From positions 1 to 64,000 of the forward strand of contig BQFW01000008.1 in NCBI GenBank assembly GCA_020891255.1: a stretch of DNA of 64,000 nucleotides, in the 5' to 3' direction. Position 1 is the stretch's first letter. Each line of letters starts with the position of its first letter. A program made the position numbers and the translations under genes. The notes under the pieces were generated by a model. That model made no database searches. It was not told where the DNA came from and saw only the letters and a list, made by a program, of their open reading frames with translations. This document shows positions 57,670 through 64,000 of the stretch, in pieces. Origin of the DNA: Entomortierella parvispora E1425. Its lineage: Eukaryota; Fungi; Mortierellomycota.

Positions 57670-60600
57670 AGAAGGAAGAAGAAGAGAGGACACACAAAGA
57701 AAAACCAAAAACTGAGGCAAAGTCAGCCACTCACTCAGTCCGTCCGTCTGTCAGTGGTCTTCCCTTCTTCCCTTCTGCCCCCTCTCTCGCCCACTTTCGG
57801 CGCAGCAATCAAAATCCGCTCCTTCCGCTCGCTCGCTCGCTCGTTCCTTTTCTCTCTCCCTCCCTCCCTGTTTTCTGATCAAGAAAAGGGCTGCGAATCC
57901 CGAATCCCGAATCCGCTTCCCTTCTTCCCTCTTTCCTTCTTCTTTGTTCCTCTCCTCCTTCCCTTCTCTGGCTGGCTGGCTGTTCAATCCATCCATCCGC
58001 TCTTCAATCCCTTCATTCTTCTCTTCATTTCTTCATTTCTTCATTCTTCCATCTCGCCCACCTTGGTCCTGATCCATCCTCGACAGACTGACCTTCACGC
58101 ACTCGCCTCCTTCCCTCCCTCCCTCCTGTCTCCCTTCCTTCGCTTCATTGTCGCCACCGGCCCCCGCCCCCTCTCCTGAGGCTACTGTTTTATCCGGCGA
58201 CTTTCTGCCAGTGTAATCATCATTATCATCGTCATCCCATTCTTCCTCATACCATACCGTCTTTATCGTCTGCCTTAGGCGCAGTCCGCTCTCCCCGCCC
58301 AATCGCCATCTTCATTTTCATATCTCTTTGTCCATCCGCCCATTTTTAGGCTTTGTTGGCCTGCCCATCGTCCTCTCAATTGCTCCTTTCTTTTTCCTTC
58401 TTTTCTTTTCTGTCTCTCTCTCCTCTCTTGCCATCAATGCTTATAGTCGTCTTGCACTGGCGCGCACTCTTTTCTCCCCTCTCTAACGCTTCTGTTCTCT
58501 TTCCTCCTTGTTTTGCCCCACAGGCGAGTGTGACCTCGTTCTCAAGATCTTCCCTCGTATCAACCTTCCCTCTCAGGACTCGGAATCAACTGCTCGTTCC
58601 CAAGACCTCGCTGGTCCCTGCAACAAGTGCAAGGTACAGTTCCCTTTTCTAGTCTTTTCTGACCCTTTGATCGAGCCTCTTTTCTTTTGACTGACCTATT
58701 TGTTGTCCTCCAGACTAGAGATATCTTCCAAATCGAAGGTCCCGATCCAGCTGTACCTTCACCGCAGCGACTCTTCTTCTCGGCTGGCGAGATCCGATTG
58801 ACGTTCAGGATCTGCTGTCCTCCCTCTCACCACTCCAGGTTCCAAATCGACGAAGGATATATGTAAGCTCCAACGGGTCATCCATTCCTCGTATCACAGT
58901 CCTTCTCCCACACTGAAAACATGCTGACAATGGTATTTCTCGGCTGAATAGTCTGACGTTTCAGTTGCACCACGGCAAGCGCATCCTTATGTCCAAAACG
59001 GTCAAGAAAGTAGGCCCCGGCATGGCTCCAGAAGCAATCCCCTTGGATCCCTCCCATCTTGCGACACCTTTGAACTCTACTCGTGCGCCAAAGCGCAAAC
59101 CCTCTTCTGAACCCAACAGACCAGAGTCAGACAACACAGCCTTGCCACGCAAGCGGTCCACAGTCATGTCGTTGGCCAATCTCATCACCGACGCCCCGTC
59201 TCTCCCCTCCTCTCCCTCCCCTCAAACTGAAGGGATCATCACTCCCTCTGTCACCACGACGGATCCATCTTCACCTACCGCCGTTGTTCCTCTCTCACCA
59301 AAATCTCTTGAGCGGGAAAATACAGACACGGATGTTCACCGGCCCAGGAAGAACAGTCCTTCGTACGATGATCACACTCCTGCGTCCTGGGTCTACGGCA
59401 AGGACTCCAGATCGGGCTCTGAGCGCACCGAGGACAGTAATGCCCAAAAGGCTTCAATGCCTACCGCAGCTGCGCCCAAACAAGCCAAGAAACGACAGGA
59501 GCCTCACGAGTTGAGCGAACTTGGAATTGGTCAGCGAGCCTCCGCCAACCTTCATGCTGCGTATGTTAGTAGCCAGTTGAAGGAGCGATCAAAGTCGAAT
59601 GGTACCACGGTGCCCTCCGTTGATAATACCGCAAAGACAAAGGCCTCAACCAAGCCAAAGCCGTCGCATGCTTGCCCTGAACCGGATTGCGACAAGAGCT
59701 TTTCGCGCCTGTTCAATCTGCGGTCGCACATGCGGACCCATTCCAAGGCACGGCCCTTTGTCTGTGCTTCCTGCAACTTTGCCTTCTCAAGACGACATGA
59801 CCGGGACCGTCACGCAAAGAAGCACTTGTCCGAGAAGCCTTACAAGTGTATTGTTTGCGAGGCTACCTTTGTACGCCAAGATGCTCTGGTGAGACATTTG
59901 CGTATGGATGGCGTGCAAAACACCTGCATGGCAGCTATGGAGCAACGGGCAATGCAGCTCGGCGAGAACGGAAATGGATACATGCTCGCTGCGACACAGC
60001 AAGTTCATGATGAGCAAGAGCAGGAAGATCGGGATGCAGACGAAAGACAGTTGGCAGCCAAATCTGCTATGGACATTTCCAACAACCGGAAACCCGTCAA
60101 GGGTGCAGCCGCTGGGCGCAACACGGACAGTGAAGTCAAGGACGATATTACAAAGAGCCACTCTTTACAGGACCAAAAGTCCGCCGATGCTCTTTTGACC
60201 CTGGAGCGATCGACCGCACAACCGTCATCCTCTCGCTCATCGACTCCCCCAAAGGCCGGAAAGGGCTTGATCAAGAATGTCGATATGCAAGGTCCAGGTC
60301 AGGTCAAATCAGAGGACGACCAGCAGGTTAAAGGCGAGTACGCTGGTCATTCGGGCGACCAAGGCTCGAACAACAACCCGGGAGAGGAGCACTACGACAG
60401 CGCACCCTACAACTCGACGACATCGCCTTCACGCTCGTTTTATCCCAGTCCATCCCTTTCTCACTCGCGTTCCCATTCCCAATCACAATTGCACCCTCCA
60501 ACAACCGAGTACGCACGCCATGAGCCGCACCAACAGCATTACTATCATTACCCCGATCCGTACCAGCATCCCTACCAGCAGCGCCCCCAGCATCCCCATC

Positions 60601-61070
60601 CTTACAGTCATCCAGACCAATCTCAGCAGCAATTTTACCACCATCCACAGGCGAACCATGGTGCGTACTACGACATGGGGCCAGACTATCCTCATCCAAC
60701 GCCGCCAGCACATGTTTATCTGGGCCCCCCTGGCTCCAAGCATTCACACCCATATCCGCCAACACCAAACCACTCCTACGGAGGGCAGTCGCAGCAGTAT
60801 TCCTATCCAGAGTCCGGTGCACCGCATCAGTACCAGGGACCGCCCCAGGGCTATGCAGGTCAAGGCCATGAAAACAGCAGGGAGGCAATGTATCAATCGT
60901 ATGGTTCCTCCGAAGGAAACCCATATGATCGGCATCGCCACTCAGAGGACGGCCCCGAGTCTTCGCACAATACCGGCCGGCCAACGGAAACTGACGAGGA
61001 ACACGCATCGGACAAGACTGTTTATGATGCAGCCATGGGACTCTTGACCATCCAAAGAGCACATTGGTAG
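57083..61070 (+). CDS. C2H2 zinc-finger transcription factor with an additional N-terminal Cys/His beta-rich domain; join(57083..57398,58524..58633,58714..58862,58952..61070), ~897 aa
   Basis: Fingers CPEPDC...HMRTH, CASC...HAKKH, CIVC...RH. Three GT-AG introns with matching phases (1,0,2). The start codon is tentative. Confidence 0.8.
57638..57667. repeat. (CA)n microsatellite, ~15 units, intronic
   Basis: Directly visible. Confidence 0.95.
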
Positions 61071-61282
61071 AAAATCACATTGAGCTGGAAAAAAAAACTA
61101 GCTTGGTTACTGTCATTGGCGCTTTGCTATCCTTTTTTGCGACAACCCTTCGGTTTTGGTCGTCATTGTACCATAGAATTATTATAAATATAAAAAAAAA
61201 CTTGTCAAGGAAAAGAGAAGCTGATTGTCCCCTGAATATCTTTGGAAACATTTATGGTACAACTATTCTATGCTTCTATGCT

Positions 61283-62479
61283 TTAGTAGCAGACAGCGGC
61301 CATCCAGTCTTTGACGGCCTCCATGTCCTTGTTCTCAGCAGAACACTCGATAAACTCGACCTCGTTCTCGAGATCCTGAAAGGTGAAGTCTTGTCCTTCA
61401 AAACCAAGAAACACGTTCTCGTTGCCATCAGCATCCTGGGTATCCAATGCAGCCGTCCTTGTCTGACGGAGCTTGTTGCTATTGAAATCATCAAAGGAAA
61501 CGTTGAGTATCGGTCGCAGTGGGAAAATAAAATGACGGCATGGAATTCTCGGCCATGTCCCTTGAACCCTTACATTTCTGCCTCCAATAATGACTGGATA
61601 CGCTCCTTCTTGAAGGAAGTGATAAGATCCGACTTGTTGCAGGCAATGAGGATAGGCAACTTTTCATTCTGAGCAAACCTGTTGGCGAGGATGTCATAGA
61701 GGTACCTATCAGATGCAAACGGATAAGGGGATCATTAGTCACAGGAATAAAACAGCATCTTGCACGCACATGATTATCAACATAGATCTGTCTTACTCTG
61801 CCAAGAGTCGAGTCTGACGGGCAACGGTGGCGCTGTCCACCACAAAAACAACAGCGCGGGCGATAGGCATGAACTCTGAAAACTTGAAGCGGAGACGCTC
61901 ATGTCCAGGGATGTCGACGATGTGAAGAGGCGCCTAGATCATTTGATATCAGTCCAATATGTTGGTTCAAACTGTCCGGAAGAAAGTATGCATGTATACA
62001 GGATTGCCACGCCTCGGAGTCCTGGCCTTGCAGTTGATAGTTTACCTTTCCGGGTACCAACTCGACATCAGCCTCATTCTCCTTGATAGATGTCACAGTG
62101 TCGACAGACTTTCCATAGTTGATCTAGAATGGAAGCAAGAAGATGAGTTTGACTGGCTCTGTCATCATCGCTGTCGTCTTTTTGTCGATCCTATATCACT
62201 GCAGAGTTGTCTGTACCAAGTAGTGGATGGTAGTCTTTCCTGCAAAGGGTAATCCTGTGATGAGAACAGTGTTCTTTGAGCCCTTCTTTGGTCCCAGCAG
62301 TGTTTTTGCTATTGAAGACAACGGAAAGAACATGTGAGCTTGGAATGAACAATGAAATGAACGATTGACGCATGAACAACAAGACAGGGGAGGGACTGAT
62401 CCCGAACGACGGTGTTACCAGCCAAGCCAATGATGACCAAGACAAGGGCGATCAAGACCGCATAGATGGCAGTATGCAT
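61283..62479 (-). CDS. SRPRB: Signal recognition particle receptor beta subunit (multi-exon)
   Basis: N-terminal TM, GLPFAGKTT (P-loop), IVDIPGHERLR, VFVVDS, LIACNKSDL. Confidence 0.93.
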
Positions 62480-62782
62480 GGTGAAGGTGATGATAATGAA
62501 GGGAGGGAGAGAAGGAAGGAAGGAAGGAAGGATGAGGATGAGAGAGAGAACCAGCAGGAAAGAACAAGAAAGAAAGTCTGTTTCTGTGCGACCCTCCAAG
62601 GACGGACGGGACAGACACACAGACAGAACACACAGACACTTCCACGCCGCTGATTCGTCGCTGATGAAACGCGGTCACCGTTCGCTGGCTCTGCTCCTTC
62701 GCCCTTGTTCTTTTCCTTCCTTTTGCCTGGTCTCTTTTGTCCATCCCCTCTCATCCAACAAACAACTCATCTCTCCAGACAA

Positions 62783-64000
62783 ATGGCACAACCGGAACGC
62801 CGACGTCCCGCAGGACAAGAGGACAACGGGACTGCCGTCGCTGCAGACGGACAGGCTGCACCCGCCGCCCCTCGCCGCCAACAAGGACAACAGCAGCAAC
62901 AACAATCGACCTTTGGACAGACTGTCATGCAGATGCTCACTCGAGCCATGATGGCCTATGCCATCATGACCTTCTTCAACGGAGGTACAATGTCGACATC
63001 AAGATTGTCTCGATTGGATGCAGGAGAGTAGATGCAACTTGTAACTCAACCTAACGGACTCATTGCTGGTATCTCCTTTTTGTTTTTTTGGTCGACTAGG
63101 CTTCAGTGGCAAGAACAACGCTCCTCCTCCCAACCCAGAGTCTATCATCACCACGCAAACTGGCCCTGATGGAGCTGTTCAGCAGATCGTCACCTCTGTC
63201 CCCGAACCCGCCAAGCTGTTCCCATTCTGGCAGCCCAGCACCAAAGCTGTAAGTCAGTATCATTTGTTCAGTTTGCGCTTTCTCTGATCTGCAGATCTGT
63301 GATGGTCTGGGCCTATTCTAACATCTCATTTTCTGCTTCAGGACCTCTTTGTCTATCTCTCTGAGGACTATGAATTCAAGGACTTTGAGGATAAAAAAAG
63401 CTTGGTCTGGCATGCCGACAACATCGAACTGGGCGATTGGAACGAGGATCGTGTTGTGGATCTGACTGTTGAGCCCTCCAAGGCAAGTTTTTGAGTTTTG
63501 TGATGTTGTACGATTGCAGCGAACGATACACCGATCGCCAACACGCAACGACTCGTTCTTTTGCTCACATTTGTCTTTCTCTTCTTTTCTTTCTTTTTTG
63601 ATGCATACGCGCGTACCGTCACTTCTGTTGGGGGATTCTTATTCGACCAAAACAGCACGTTCAACATAATGGAACTCTCTACGCCCATATCTACTTTGCC
63701 AGACACCCCGTGAACATCAATCCCGCCTCACCCAACTTCAGCGTCGACGATCGTGTGTACCAAAGAAAGAGTAAGCATCGGATGGTCTTCAGCAAGATCA
63801 AAACTGACATGCAGATGGGTCATGAGTTCATGATATTAACCCAAGTTTCTCATTCCCTGATAGTGCTGACGCGTTACTACCCCAAGAAGAGAGAAGTCAA
63901 GGTTAAGAAGCTTGTTGGTGGAAAGCACGATGAAGCTGAAGTTGAAAAGCCTGCAGAGGAGGAAGAGGTAACACATGGTCATTTTTTTTTCTTTGTGTGG
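62783..64000 (+). CDS. CLPTM1: CLPTM1-like membrane protein, 5' part (truncated by window end)
   Basis: Spliced segments DLFVYLSE, LVWHADNIELGDW, VQHNGTLYAHIYF, LTRYYPKKREVKVKKLVGG. Confidence 0.88.

Noticed and set aside
58965-58967. TTG as the start of the 701-aa zinc-finger ORF
   Set aside because: A splice acceptor at 58951 and in-phase upstream exons explain the open frame.
61064-61672. 202-aa plus-strand ORF
   Set aside because: Antisense to SRP receptor beta exons; no independent signal.

Overview
This is the left end of a linear fungal chromosome. The gene content, short GT-AG introns, Crinkler type and telomere repeat suggest Mortierellaceae (inference). Bases 1-205 are a telomere of heterogeneous CCCT(A)n units (mostly T6AG3 on the G strand). 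About 1.3-13 kb is a repeat-built subtelomere: two long direct copies (A ~1268-5043, B ~7592-10540) of a minisatellite-rich element flank an intact intron-containing Crinkler (CRN)-restriction-endonuclease-fold gene, followed by a 135-bp repeat and scrambled remnants. From 14.5 kb the window is compact genic DNA: a GT-A glycosyltransferase, Nur1/Mug154, V-ATPase D, a PILS-like transporter, an insulysin-like protease, an ABCC/MRP transporter, a UPF0045 protein, an EI24/Lds-like protein, a sterol acyltransferase, DUF1772, an Osh1/2-type OSBP, an orphan, a bacterial-type beta-helix protein, chorismate mutase, a disrupted F-box gene, a YdcZ-type DMT, a C2H2 factor with a hidden p53-like-looking N-terminal domain, SRP receptor beta and a truncated CLPTM1-like gene. 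All family calls come from motif recognition by eye; no database searches were run.
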